Positions 8,837 to 18,849 of a stretch of 64,000 nt of DNA are shown here, piece by piece. The stretch lies in IMG/VR virus record IMGVR_UViG_3300036944_001289, positions 124,001-188,000 of that record; one strand, written 5' to 3'. The position numbers and the translations under genes were made by a program. The first letter of the stretch is position 1; the number at the start of each line of letters is the position of its first letter. Below the pieces are notes generated by a model. That model was given only the letters and a program-made list of their open reading frames with translations. It was not told the origin of the DNA and did not search any database.

Positions 8837-9469
8837 ATGATATATCAATCGAGTAAAATAATACCGTTAGGTTCTTGTGCATTTAGACAGCCATTTGCAG
8901 AGTCACATTGTAAATTCTTACACGGTTATAGATTACAAGCAAAGATTTGGGTTGCTTGTGATAAATTAGATAATAAAAACTGGGTCTTTGATTTTGGTGG
9001 TTTTAAAAGTATTAAAACTATTCTAGAAGATCAATTTGATCACACTACTGTTGTCGCTGAGAATGATCCTCATATCAATACGTTTAAAGAATTACATGCA
9101 AAGGGTATAATTGATCTAAGAGTCATGTCTGGTGTAGGTATCGAGAAGTTTGCAGAGTATGTACTTGAAGTGGCTAACACATACATAAAGAATTCAACAA
9201 ATGGTCGCTGTTGGGTGTCTCAAGTTGAAGTATGGGAGCATGAGCAAAACTCTGCAATGGCAATTAACTTCTGTAAAGAAGATATTAAACAAGCAGTTAA
9301 TAATATAGTTGCTAACGAAAACAAAACAGAGGTAAAGATTGAAGAGCCTGTTAAACCAGTAGAAAATATAACCCAACAAACAACCAATCAAACCGCAAAT
9401 CCATTATATGCTAAAAAGAGTACTGGGTGGTCTGATCCATTTAAAGGCACTTCTTGGGGTAATAAATAA
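8837..9469 (+). CDS. queD: 6-carboxytetrahydropterin synthase with C-terminal extension
   Basis: SHCKFLHGY, WVFDFG, FDHT, E-K-F-A, VEVWEHEQNSA motifs. Confidence 0.9.
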   Translation: MIYQSSKIIPLGSCAFRQPFAESHCKFLHGYRLQAKIWVACDKLDNKNWVFDFGGFKSIKTILEDQFDHTTVVAENDPHINTFKELHAKGIIDLRVMSGVGIEKFAEYVLEVANTYIKNSTNGRCWVSQVEVWEHEQNSAMAINFCKEDIKQAVNNIVANENKTEVKIEEPVKPVENITQQTTNQTANPLYAKKSTGWSDPFKGTSWGNK

Positions 9470-9473
9470 TTAA

Positions 9474-9683
9474 ATGCTGCCGTTATACTACTCATCAAAT
9501 AGTGGAATTACAAGAGAGTCCAATAATAAACAAGATGAAGTAGCTATAAATGTATTGAATCAACTAAATCAAATACAAAGGCAATTCGAACCAAATGAAA
9601 AACCTCTACAGTCTAAAACAGCTGTAGAGGTTGTTTCTGTTGAGCAAGCTCTTAAAGAGCTTAGAGAATTAGGTGCTATTTAA
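9474..9683 (+). CDS. small late protein
   Basis: TAAATA 5 nt before ATG; 69 aa. Confidence 0.45.
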   Translation: MLPLYYSSNSGITRESNNKQDEVAINVLNQLNQIQRQFEPNEKPLQSKTAVEVVSVEQALKELRELGAI

Positions 9684-10479
9684 CAAACATCTGATCACTA
9701 ACGTGGTGTGAATGTTGATGTCTTGGTTTAGTCTCTATTCTTTCAACAATATACTTCAATATACCAGATCTTACGATATCTTCTTTAGTGAATGAGAAAC
9801 AATGTATCCCTTGTGATTTACTTGTTTCATCGTTAAAAAGATCAAACATGTCCATAAATCCTGACCTTTTACCTATATCAGATTGTAGAGGGTCTCCAAC
9901 AATAATAAATTTGCTGAACTTACCTATTCTGGTTATAGATGTCGTAATCTCTTCAAATGTAAGATTTTGTGCTTCATCTATAAGAACAAACTTTGCGTTT
10001 ATAGATGCACCACGTAGATAATTAACAGGAATACCTTCTATTCTTTCTTCCTTTACAAGCTGTTTTACTTGATTTAAAGGTAATAATTCTTCTAATTTAT
10101 CGTATAAAGGCATTAAAAACGGCTCCATCTTATCGTTAGCCTCACCAGGTAATGAACCCAGTGATTTTGAAGCACTCTCAGCAATACTTCTTACATATAC
10201 TATATCGCTTACCGTCTTTTTATTCATTAACTTAAGACCGGCGTACATAGCAGTGAAAGTTTTACTAGTACCTGCAGGTCCTTGAATAAACACAACTCTA
10301 GTGGATTTATCCTCTATTAAGTCTATTAATTCTTTTTGTTTATTAGTAAAATCATTTCTTTCAATGATCTGTAGTTCGAAATCTATTTTACTATTTTGGT
10401 GTACCCTAGGTGTTATGTCCTTTTTAAGTGCTAACAATTCTTTATCTGTGTTTAGTTTTTTAGAACGTTTTGACATCAA
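9676..10479 (-). CDS. phoH: PhoH family ATPase
   Basis: GPAGTSKT, LGSLPG, YLRG, DEAQN, GDPLQSD, DIVRS motifs. Confidence 0.95.
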   Translation of the reverse strand: MMSKRSKKLNTDKELLALKKDITPRVHQNSKIDFELQIIERNDFTNKQKELIDLIEDKSTRVVFIQGPAGTSKTFTAMYAGLKLMNKKTVSDIVYVRSIAESASKSLGSLPGEANDKMEPFLMPLYDKLEELLPLNQVKQLVKEERIEGIPVNYLRGASINAKFVLIDEAQNLTFEEITTSITRIGKFSKFIIVGDPLQSDIGKRSGFMDMFDLFNDETSKSQGIHCFSFTKEDIVRSGILKYIVERIETKPRHQHSHHVSDQMFVK

Positions 10480-10559
10480 CTATATTTAATGAACCTTAAC
10501 AGATATCAATACTGTAATAAATTTGTTGATTTAAGGAACTTAATTATATAATATAAATT

Positions 10560-11330
10560 ATGAATGATATACTTTCAATATCCGACGATAAAGCATTCTA
10601 TACGCTTGAAGGAGAAGGTCGCTTTGTAGGTCAACCATCAGTTTTCTTGAGGTTGGCAATGTGTAATTTAACGTGTAAAGGGTTTGCATCTGAAGACTCA
10701 CCACACGGTTGTGATTCTTATATCTCTTGGTCAATTAAGAATCGTTTCTCATACGAAGATCTAAACAAATACTTTAGTGATAATGGTTTTGTAGAAAAGT
10801 TAAAAGAAGGTGCAATCTTAAAGTTAACTGGTGGAGAACCATTTCTACAACAGAAAAGACTATATGAATGGGTTGTACAATTCAAGAAGACATTTGGATT
10901 TAGAGAGACCTATCTTGGTGATGAACCTATTCTAAAGATAGACTTTGAAACAAACGGTACTATTTTACCGGATGATAAATGGTCAAGCGTTTTAAACGCT
11001 ACATTTACTACATCACCTAAAATGTCAAATAACGGTGATGAAGAGAAACTAAGATACAAACCAGAAGTACTAAAGTATCTCATTTCAAAAAATGCATGCT
11101 TTAAGTTTGTAATTAACAACCAATCTGATCTAGATGAACTGTATACAAAGTATATCCTCTCTACGGATGTTCTACTACCTAAAGATCTTATCTGGTTAAT
11201 GCCTTGTTGTGGTTCTCGTAAAGAACATGAGTTAAAAGCACCAATGGTTGCAGAGTTATGTAAGGAACATGGATTTAATTTCAGTCCAAGATTGCATTTA
11301 ATTCTTTGGAACCAAGCTTTACGTGTATAA
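10560..11330 (+). CDS. queE: 7-carboxy-7-deazaguanine synthase (radical SAM)
   Basis: YTLEGEG, VFLRL, CNLTC-x11-CDS, TGGEP, ETNGT, SPK, FKFV, PRLH motifs. Confidence 0.9.
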   Translation: MNDILSISDDKAFYTLEGEGRFVGQPSVFLRLAMCNLTCKGFASEDSPHGCDSYISWSIKNRFSYEDLNKYFSDNGFVEKLKEGAILKLTGGEPFLQQKRLYEWVVQFKKTFGFRETYLGDEPILKIDFETNGTILPDDKWSSVLNATFTTSPKMSNNGDEEKLRYKPEVLKYLISKNACFKFVINNQSDLDELYTKYILSTDVLLPKDLIWLMPCCGSRKEHELKAPMVAELCKEHGFNFSPRLHLILWNQALRV

Positions 11331-11363
11331 TCTTAGTATTATATCATATGTTAGGTTGTTGAG

Positions 11364-11397
11364 AAAAGAGCTCTATGATTAATCATAGAGCTCTTTT
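11364..11397. terminator. perfect 34-bp palindrome, intrinsic terminator
   Basis: AAAAGAGCTCTATGATT/AATCATAGAGCTCTTTT followed by a T-run. Confidence 0.75.
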
Positions 11398-11414
11398 TTA
11401 TTATAAATATTATT

Positions 11415-11783
11415 ATGAAGTTATCATATATTTTGGGATGTATCAATCAAATAAAGATACATCACTGGTTTACAGGTTCTTATGCTGAACATAAAGCTTT
11501 ACAAAAAGCTTATAATAATTTAGATGAATTATTCGATAGATTAGTGGAAGTGTATTTAGGTAAAAATGGTAAAAGTACTAACGTTGTATCAAATTATGAT
11601 ATTTCTGTAAACGGTTGGTCACCAACAGAACCACTCGATAAATATTATGAAAATATGCGTAATTCTTTAATAACTTATCTTAGAGGTATTTTTAACCCAG
11701 AAGGGGATAAGGATATACTAAATATAATAGATGAGTTAGAGGGTGAATTTAATCAGCTTATTTATCTTTTAAGGTTGAAGTGA
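11415..11783 (+). CDS. ferritin/Dps-like four-helix protein
   Basis: HHW...SYAEHKAL...Y..LDELFDRLVEVYLG and C-terminal DELEGE..QLIYLL. Confidence 0.7.
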   Translation: MKLSYILGCINQIKIHHWFTGSYAEHKALQKAYNNLDELFDRLVEVYLGKNGKSTNVVSNYDISVNGWSPTEPLDKYYENMRNSLITYLRGIFNPEGDKDILNIIDELEGEFNQLIYLLRLK

Positions 11784-11802
11784 TTTTTGATTAAATAATT
11801 AG

Positions 11803-12234
11803 ATGATACCTACAGAAATCATAAGCCTATTTGGTGGAGCGCTTACAGGTTTCGTGTTCAGATTCTTGGCAGCAAAAGCTGAGGCTGATAAAGTCAGATT
11901 TGAACGAATGATGCAAGCTATTGATAAAAAGGATGCATCAGCAGATAAAGCAGCAGCAAGAGATGGTGATACCGGTAAGGTAGTAAGAAGATTTATAGTT
12001 GTAACAGTAATGTTTTCATTAATTGCATCACCACTCATAATGGCTATATTAGGCATACCTACATATATAGAAGTACCTTTTATAGAAAAAGGTTTCTTTG
12101 GACTTACTGATGATATTACACGTACATCTTTTGTACAGGTTACAGGTAACTTAATAACAGCAGAGGTTAGACAATCATTGATTGCTATTACCGGTTTCTA
12201 CTTCGGTTCTGCATCTGCAAGCAATAAGTCATGA
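11803..12234 (+). CDS. multi-TM membrane protein, holin-like
   Basis: Hydrophobic segments at N-terminus, centre and C-terminus (AITGFYFG); directly precedes a lipoprotein. Confidence 0.5.
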   Translation: MIPTEIISLFGGALTGFVFRFLAAKAEADKVRFERMMQAIDKKDASADKAAARDGDTGKVVRRFIVVTVMFSLIASPLIMAILGIPTYIEVPFIEKGFFGLTDDITRTSFVQVTGNLITAEVRQSLIAITGFYFGSASASNKS

Positions 12235-12707
12235 AAAAGGCAGTAACAATAATATTGTTATTTTTACTACTAACAGGTTGTAATACTGTTTTTAATAAAA
12301 ACAAAAACCAACCAGTAATAATAAAAGAAGGTAATACATATGTACCTATAATAACTGATCAACCTCAAGGGGTTGTACTTCTACCTATACATGAAAAAGT
12401 AGAAAATATGTTTACTAAAAACAGGACAGATGCAAAACCTATTTTTGTACCTGCACAAGATGGTAAACAACCGTCTGTTGCTGTTGTAAAAGAAGCCGTT
12501 GCTAAACAAGATAAAGATGCAAATATAGTGACTGTAGAGCCTATACCTCAACAAATATCTAAAGTAGAACCTGTTGTATCTAACGAAACACCTGTTTGGA
12601 AGAAAATACTAGGTACTATATTTAATGTAATTATAATTGGTGGTATTATATTCTTTCTTTATAAGAAAAGAGATTGGTTCGGCTTTGATAAAAAAGCAAA
12701 ACAATAA
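12231..12707 (+). CDS. lipoprotein with C-terminal TM helix (u-spanin-like)
   Basis: MKK...LLLTGC lipobox and C-terminal ILGTIFNVIIIGGIIFFLY followed by KKR. Confidence 0.55.
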   Translation: MKKAVTIILLFLLLTGCNTVFNKNKNQPVIIKEGNTYVPIITDQPQGVVLLPIHEKVENMFTKNRTDAKPIFVPAQDGKQPSVAVVKEAVAKQDKDANIVTVEPIPQQISKVEPVVSNETPVWKKILGTIFNVIIIGGIIFFLYKKRDWFGFDKKAKQ

Positions 12708-12715
12708 ATAATATT

Positions 12716-13231
12716 ATGAATAATAGAGAGAACGAACTTATTTTCGAAAAGTACATGGGTACTAATAAACAGGTTGAGAGTTTAAACGAAGGTCTTATTG
12801 ATCGTATTAAGTCAAAAGCAGCAGGTGCTGTAGGTGCTGTACAAGGTATGGGTAAACAAGTATCTGGTAAAGTTAAAGGTGCAATAGCAGGTGCTAAAGG
12901 TAATGTAGCTGGTGTTAAACAAGCTACAATACAAGTTCAGCAAGGAAAGACCGCAGGTCCAGTAGCTAAAGTACAATCTTATAGAAATACAGCTATCAAA
13001 AAGTTTGACAAAGTTTCAAACGAAGTCTTTACTGATTTACAAAAGCTAGGTATTGACTTGAAAAAAATATCTCCACAAAGTCTCAATAATTTTAAGAGCA
13101 ATCTAAACAAAGCATTTGATGAAGTAATTAGTAACATCAAAGGTACATCTGGCAAGGCAACAACCAAGGCAACAACCAAGGCAACAACCAAGCCAAAACC
13201 AAAAGTAGCCGCACCTACTAGTACACCATAA
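12716..13231 (+). CDS. late basic protein
   Basis: TAAATA 5 nt upstream; ELIFEKY...SLNE leader; G/A/K-rich. Confidence 0.65.
   Translation: MNNRENELIFEKYMGTNKQVESLNEGLIDRIKSKAAGAVGAVQGMGKQVSGKVKGAIAGAKGNVAGVKQATIQVQQGKTAGPVAKVQSYRNTAIKKFDKVSNEVFTDLQKLGIDLKKISPQSLNNFKSNLNKAFDEVISNIKGTSGKATTKATTKATTKPKPKVAAPTSTP
13154..13192 (+). repeat. 12-bp tandem repeat AAGGCAACAACC x3 (KATT)
   Basis: Read directly. Confidence 0.95.
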
Positions 13232-13244
13232 TTAAAATTAATGT

Positions 13245-13276
13245 AAATCCACGAATTTTTAATTCGTGGATTTTTT
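13245..13276 (+). terminator. intrinsic terminator
   Basis: AAATCCACGAATT-ttt-AATTCGTGGATTT plus T-run. Confidence 0.75.
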
Positions 13277-13301
13277 ATGTCTAAAGCATATAATATCAAT
13301 T

Positions 13302-14093
13302 ATGCGTATCGCGATTTCAGGGACGGCTTCACAAGGGAAGAGTACTCTTATTAAAGACTTTCTAACAGAATGGCCTTTATTTAAATCTGAAAGCTCTACT
13401 TATAGAGACTTAATAAAAACTGCAAATTTACCTCATAGTAAAAATGCTACCAAAGACAGCCAGTGGAAGATATTGAACTTTATGTTGGATGAGCTCCAAA
13501 AATATACACTTACTGATAACGTCATATTCGACAGATGTCCGCTAGATAATCTAGTATACTCACTATGGTGCTTTGAAAATAACGTAGGTGATATTGATAA
13601 GGAATTTATCGATAAGTGCATACCTATTGTAAGAGAAAGTTTAAGACATCTAGATATTATCTTTTTTATACCCATTACTAGGGTATCACCTGTTAAGATT
13701 GAAAATGACGGATTGAGAGAATCCGATGGTGTTTATATTAAAGAGATTGACAATATTTTCAAAGCTCTTAATATGCAATATAGATTGGGTTTAGGTAAAA
13801 CACCGTTCTTTCCTACAGATGACTGCCCTGCGGTTATAGAAATATTTGGTAATCGTCAAGAACGTATTCAAATGATCAAGCTATACTTAAATCAGAACGG
13901 TGAATGTATAGGTGGAGACGTTAATGATCCCAATAATATACTAAACCCTAATAATATACTAAACCCTAATAATTTGTTAGTAGATCAAATAGGCTCAATT
14001 CTTAGTGACCAAAAAGCTATCGATAAGAAAGAAAAAGCCTATAAGAAAGAAATTAAACAAATTAAGGAATTTGTAAAGAAAAATAAACGTTAA
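13302..14093 (+). CDS. P-loop nucleotide kinase/ATPase (AAA_28-like), copy 1
   Basis: MRIAISGTASQGKST, DRCPLDN, DIIFF, DGLRE; start re-called at 13302; PNNILN repeat near 13930. Confidence 0.8.
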   Translation: MRIAISGTASQGKSTLIKDFLTEWPLFKSESSTYRDLIKTANLPHSKNATKDSQWKILNFMLDELQKYTLTDNVIFDRCPLDNLVYSLWCFENNVGDIDKEFIDKCIPIVRESLRHLDIIFFIPITRVSPVKIENDGLRESDGVYIKEIDNIFKALNMQYRLGLGKTPFFPTDDCPAVIEIFGNRQERIQMIKLYLNQNGECIGGDVNDPNNILNPNNILNPNNLLVDQIGSILSDQKAIDKKEKAYKKEIKQIKEFVKKNKR

Positions 14094-14434
14094 TTGGTAG
14101 CACTAAGCATTATTGCGTAGTTTGCACCATTTATTCTTATTTTTATATAGTGTGTAGAACTTGTTAAAACAGCAGAAGTCGTAGTTTGCCCGTAAAAAGT
14201 TGAAGATAACGACGATATATTCAACGTATTAGTAGTAACAGCCGAGGACAACGACAATATATCTGATGAGTTGCTACTAATAGTAGACGCAAACGTGACA
14301 TTATCTAAACCTACTATAAAATCTTTAAAATCTAGACGTCTGGTCTCAATACCATTATCTACTATCAGATAATCTCCATTAATAATTTCATTTGTTACAG
14401 GTAACTGATTGATACCTATGTTTACGGTTGACAT
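14090..14434 (-). CDS. small fibre/appendage-like structural protein
   Basis: Start re-called; INQLP...DYLIVD N-module, S/T-rich body, YIKIRING.NYAI C-terminus. Confidence 0.55.
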   Translation of the reverse strand: MSTVNIGINQLPVTNEIINGDYLIVDNGIETRRLDFKDFIVGLDNVTFASTISSNSSDILSLSSAVTTNTLNISSLSSTFYGQTTTSAVLTSSTHYIKIRINGANYAIMLSATN

Positions 14435-14460
14435 ATATAAAATATTTAATATAATACTAT

Positions 14461-15243
14461 ATGAATAAAATAGGTGTAGCTGTAATAACTTGTAATAGAC
14501 GAGCATTATTCAGTGTTTGTTTAGATTCTCTAAAGAAATGTTCATACGATGAATTGATCGTAATCAACGATGGCGCACCTATTAACGATAATTTTGATTG
14601 CGAGATAATAAACAACGAAAAAAACTTAGGTGTTGGTTTATCTAAAAATAAAGCAATGTCAATTCTTTTATCAAGAAACTGTGATTTTCTATTTATCATT
14701 GAAGATGATATGATTATAAAAGATAAAGATATACTTCAAAAATATATACACGCACATAATGTTACCGGTTTACATCACTTTATGTTTGCATATCATGGTT
14801 ATGCAAATAAAGATTATAATACCAAATCTGCTAAACCTAGAGTTATCATAGATTATGATAACGTAAAGGTATCACTAAATAGACATTGTGTTGGTGCTTT
14901 CTGTTTTTATACCAAATCTTCATTACAGGATGTCGGGTTAAACGACGATAAGTTCTATAATGCTTTCGAACATGTAGATCACTCTTTTAGATTAGCTAAG
15001 AAAGGTTATAGTACACCTTATTGGTGGTGGGCTGATATAGCAAATAGCTTAGATTTAATTGATGAGCAGTGTGCACCTGATGTTAACTCATCTATAAGAC
15101 ATAAACCAGACTGGGAAAAAACAATGAATAACTCTATGAAGTATTTTATGGAGAAACACAAAACCTCACCTCTACATGTACCAGACGCAAGTACAGAGGA
15201 AGTAGTAAATTTTCTTAAAAAAATTAAAGTAAAAAATGCATAA
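14461..15243 (+). CDS. GT2-family glycosyltransferase
   Basis: AVITCNR, VINDG, NLGVG..KN, IIEDD, GLND.KF..AFEHVD. Confidence 0.9.
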   Translation: MNKIGVAVITCNRRALFSVCLDSLKKCSYDELIVINDGAPINDNFDCEIINNEKNLGVGLSKNKAMSILLSRNCDFLFIIEDDMIIKDKDILQKYIHAHNVTGLHHFMFAYHGYANKDYNTKSAKPRVIIDYDNVKVSLNRHCVGAFCFYTKSSLQDVGLNDDKFYNAFEHVDHSFRLAKKGYSTPYWWWADIANSLDLIDEQCAPDVNSSIRHKPDWEKTMNNSMKYFMEKHKTSPLHVPDASTEEVVNFLKKIKVKNA

Positions 15244-15982
15244 AGACTTTACGTTAATAACGTGTTCTTATAATACACCTATAATAACTACAACCTTGTT
15301 AAAGTCATGGGCGTTTTACCATGATACACAAACGAAAATTGTACTAGTAGATAACTCTACTGACGAATTAACACATAAAATACTAATTGAAAATAACATA
15401 CCAGTGACTCGTGTTTTTGGTGATACACATGGTAATGGTGTGAATCGAGCTATAGAATTGTGTAAAACAAAATATGCTTTACTTGTGGATACAGATGTAA
15501 TATTTCTAAAACATCACGAAAAACTACTCAATGATTTTATACAATCAAAGCTAACATTAATGGGTAGATTAGAGGGTGATAGAGGTGGTAAAAATATACA
15601 TGATAGAATAGCACCATGTCATTGTTTTATAGATATTGAAAATATTAAAAAACATAATATTACATTCTTTAATATGCAAAAAATGAGAGATAGCTTTAAC
15701 ACAAATAAAATTTACGACATAGGTTCTACTTTTTTTGAAGATATTAAAAATGTGAAACTCGGTATAGGTCATATAGATGTAGAGAATAATTACTACATTC
15801 ATCTTGAAGGTATGAGTTGGTATAAAAATAAATACGATCCTTCTAAAGAGGATACAGGCATAGATTTTGGAGGTACACACAATAATCGTGCGTATGTAGA
15901 TATAGCAAATCAGAAAGAACTAATGTATCAACCATATGTTAAAAAGTTCGAAAACGTCAATATAGGAAACAAGTATATATGA
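15236..15982 (+). CDS. GT2-like glycosyltransferase
   Basis: SYNT, LVDNS, HG.GVN, LVDTD (DxD). Confidence 0.85.
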   Translation: MHKDFTLITCSYNTPIITTTLLKSWAFYHDTQTKIVLVDNSTDELTHKILIENNIPVTRVFGDTHGNGVNRAIELCKTKYALLVDTDVIFLKHHEKLLNDFIQSKLTLMGRLEGDRGGKNIHDRIAPCHCFIDIENIKKHNITFFNMQKMRDSFNTNKIYDIGSTFFEDIKNVKLGIGHIDVENNYYIHLEGMSWYKNKYDPSKEDTGIDFGGTHNNRAYVDIANQKELMYQPYVKKFENVNIGNKYI

Positions 15983-16731
15983 AAAATAAAATTTTATTCT
16001 TAATCGTTGTGCATAATAAAAGTATAATAGATTTATTTGAGTCCACTAAAAAGTACCACAAGTTAGCAAATTACAAGTATTTATTAGTAGGTAATCACAA
16101 TACTGATTACTCTAACGACATCATTATACAATGTAATAAACTTCAGAACAATATCGAACACAATGCTAATTATCTAGCATATACAGGTTGGTATGCAGCT
16201 GCACATAATAAAGAAATAACAAATTGTTATGATTATGTATGTCTCTTAGAGTATGATACAGATATCAACGAAAACTTCTCTCTCACAGAATTTTGTAACG
16301 AAGTTGTAACAAAAAATAAAAAATGCTACGGTATAACATTTATAGATAATATTAAAGAGTTGTTTATACGTAATCACTTTTCTGATAAGCTAATTGATTT
16401 TTTAATAAAGAATAAAATCACAGAAATAAAACCAACACAGAATAGATGGATAACAACTAATAACGTCGTCTTCAGTACAGATTTTTTACATGCATATTTT
16501 AATCACGATATGACGAAGGAAATACTAGTATATTTTAATAACGATAAAATGTCTGGACACTTCTTAGAAAGATACCTCAGTGTATTTTGTTTCTTGCAAT
16601 CGGTTGATTTTGACATTATTGAATGCAATAATATGCAACATAGAGGTTACGACAGCCATCGTACACAGAATATTTTTTCATCACATAGGGGCTATGAACA
16701 ATTTAAAATTACTAATAAAATTTCCGACTAG
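15979..16731 (+). CDS. GT-A fold glycosyltransferase-like protein
   Basis: CLLEYD, HFLER motifs; array context. Confidence 0.6.
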   Translation: MKNKILFLIVVHNKSIIDLFESTKKYHKLANYKYLLVGNHNTDYSNDIIIQCNKLQNNIEHNANYLAYTGWYAAAHNKEITNCYDYVCLLEYDTDINENFSLTEFCNEVVTKNKKCYGITFIDNIKELFIRNHFSDKLIDFLIKNKITEIKPTQNRWITTNNVVFSTDFLHAYFNHDMTKEILVYFNNDKMSGHFLERYLSVFCFLQSVDFDIIECNNMQHRGYDSHRTQNIFSSHRGYEQFKITNKISD

Positions 16732-17365
16732 ATCTAGACCGGAAAAATTCTTCAACACACTTAACAAGTACTACAGTCTGCTAACTACAGACTCTGTAGA
16801 GTTTGTAGTTTCCTGTGATAATGATGATTATTCAATGAATAATCCTGACGTTATAAGTAAAATGAAGACATATAAGAACCTGTCATTTTTCTTTGATAAT
16901 AATAAATCAAAAGTTGAAGCTTGTAATGCAAACATATCAGGTAAAGAATTCGATATTATTTTACTTGCTTCAGATGATATGGTACCTGAGATAAAAGGTT
17001 ATGACGAAATAATAAAGAAAGTGATGTTTAAGTACTTTCCAGATATGGATGGAGTACTGTGGTTTAATGATGGGTTTCAACAGATGAATCTAAACACACT
17101 ATCCATTTTAGGTAAAAAATATTACGATAGATTTGGATACATATACAACCCTGCATATAAGTCACTATATTGTGATAAAGAGTTTACAGTAGTATCACGT
17201 AGTTTAAAGAAAGTAATCTATATACAGGATTGTATTATTAGACATAAACAATATTCTATTACTAAAGAGAAGCCTGACGAACTTTACATCAAAAACGATA
17301 GACTCGAATCTGACGACTCAAAAACATTTAATATTAGAGCGTTAAACAATTTTCAAAATGGATAA
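16694..17365 (+). CDS. GT-A fold glycosyltransferase
   Basis: Start re-called at 16694; PTRSRP, DNDD, SKVEACN, ASDDM, LYCD. Confidence 0.75.
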   Translation: MNNLKLLIKFPTRSRPEKFFNTLNKYYSLLTTDSVEFVVSCDNDDYSMNNPDVISKMKTYKNLSFFFDNNKSKVEACNANISGKEFDIILLASDDMVPEIKGYDEIIKKVMFKYFPDMDGVLWFNDGFQQMNLNTLSILGKKYYDRFGYIYNPAYKSLYCDKEFTVVSRSLKKVIYIQDCIIRHKQYSITKEKPDELYIKNDRLESDDSKTFNIRALNNFQNG

Positions 17366-18074
17366 AATATTAGTATCATTTGCAACAAACAATAAATGGT
17401 ATGCTTCACAAGCATTACTAAATAAAACCGCAGCAAAAGGTGGTTTCACAGGTTATATATCTTATACAGATAGAAACTGGAGCTTTAAACACGATTACGA
17501 TGACATCTCCAGTACCAGAGGTTATGGTTATTGGATGTGGAAACCTTTAATTATTTTAGATGTAATGTCTAAACTCAATAATGGTGATATAGTAGGATAT
17601 ATCGATAGTGGTAATAGTATAGTGAATAGTTTAGAGTATATATTCAATCACTGCGCATCTAACGAGATTACCTTATTCGACAATCGCGACGGTAATTTCA
17701 ATAACACCACACATAAAAACAAGACATGGACTAAGCGTGACTGTTTTGTACTAATGAATTGCGACAATGATAGATACTACGAAGCCTCTCAAGTTGATGC
17801 ATCATATCAATTTTATAAAAAGACTGATAAGACTATAGCTTTCCTAGAAGAATATAAAGATTATTGCTGCAATAAAAATATAATATCTGATCTACCTAAC
17901 ATAACCGAAAAAAATCTACAAGACTTTAAGGATCATCGACACGATCAATCAATATTATCATTGTTAGCAGTTAAACATAATATAGAACTACTACCTGAAC
18001 CATCAGAGTGGGGAAATTATTTAAAAGATAGACCATACGTTCAGCTGTTTAGACATCATAGAGGTGTAATCTAA
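17358..18074 (+). CDS. GT-A fold glycosyltransferase
   Basis: RGYGYWMWKP, YIDSG, HRHDQSILS. Confidence 0.75.
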   Translation: MDKILVSFATNNKWYASQALLNKTAAKGGFTGYISYTDRNWSFKHDYDDISSTRGYGYWMWKPLIILDVMSKLNNGDIVGYIDSGNSIVNSLEYIFNHCASNEITLFDNRDGNFNNTTHKNKTWTKRDCFVLMNCDNDRYYEASQVDASYQFYKKTDKTIAFLEEYKDYCCNKNIISDLPNITEKNLQDFKDHRHDQSILSLLAVKHNIELLPEPSEWGNYLKDRPYVQLFRHHRGVI

Positions 18075-18084
18075 CTACTATAAT

Positions 18085-18849
18085 ATGGAAGTAAATATTA
18101 ATTTTTTCTTAATTACCTATAATATGCTACTGGATAAAGCGGTTCAACACCTCACTCCAGAAGAGCTTGATAAGTTAACTTGTTATACTGTACAGAAAAA
18201 GGTTCCAAAACAAATAACTACCAAGGTAGCTAAGAGAATTAATGAATGGGAATTACCATGGAATGACTATTTTTATCAAAGAAGTCAATGCTATGAATAT
18301 GGTGCTATGGTACATTTATATACAAACAAAGAGTTGATAGAAAAACTAACACATGTTGGTATCATGCATTATGATGTTATTTTTAATACAAACTCTGTGC
18401 AAAGCGTTATTTCAGAACTAACAAAAAATCCAGATACAATTTTCTACCAAATGATAAGACCAAAAGAGCAACTCTCTCTATCAAAGTATGAAGTATCTAA
18501 GCTTTGCGAATTTATGAGTGAAAAAATGGAAACAGAAGTCGATGGATCCATTGCCTGGGATAACGGATGGATAAGTGAAGCTCTAAGCCTAACACCTAAG
18601 TATGTTTTCGAAAAATACGCAAAATTTTTATATGAACACCATCTAGAAATTCTCGATATATTAAAAAACAATAGATGGAATATCATGAACCATTGCCCGC
18701 ACCGGATGTGCGGTATCTTAGAAAGAATGTGGGGATTTTATTTAGTATCTAGAAATTTACCCTTAAAACAATTAGATATTAAACATGATTGGGATTCTTA
18801 CCAACATAAACATATGGAGAGTAATGGTACAGGTGCAAAAATTTTATGA
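18085..18849 (+). CDS. glycosyltransferase-like protein
   Basis: HYDV and CGILERMW motifs similar to the 15979 ORF; array context. Confidence 0.5.
   Translation: MEVNINFFLITYNMLLDKAVQHLTPEELDKLTCYTVQKKVPKQITTKVAKRINEWELPWNDYFYQRSQCYEYGAMVHLYTNKELIEKLTHVGIMHYDVIFNTNSVQSVISELTKNPDTIFYQMIRPKEQLSLSKYEVSKLCEFMSEKMETEVDGSIAWDNGWISEALSLTPKYVFEKYAKFLYEHHLEILDILKNNRWNIMNHCPHRMCGILERMWGFYLVSRNLPLKQLDIKHDWDSYQHKHMESNGTGAKIL

Noticed and set aside
13929-13973. 18-bp PNNILN tandem repeat in the kinase as a phase-variation switch
   Set aside because: In-frame unit in a likely C-terminal linker; copy change would not alter the frame
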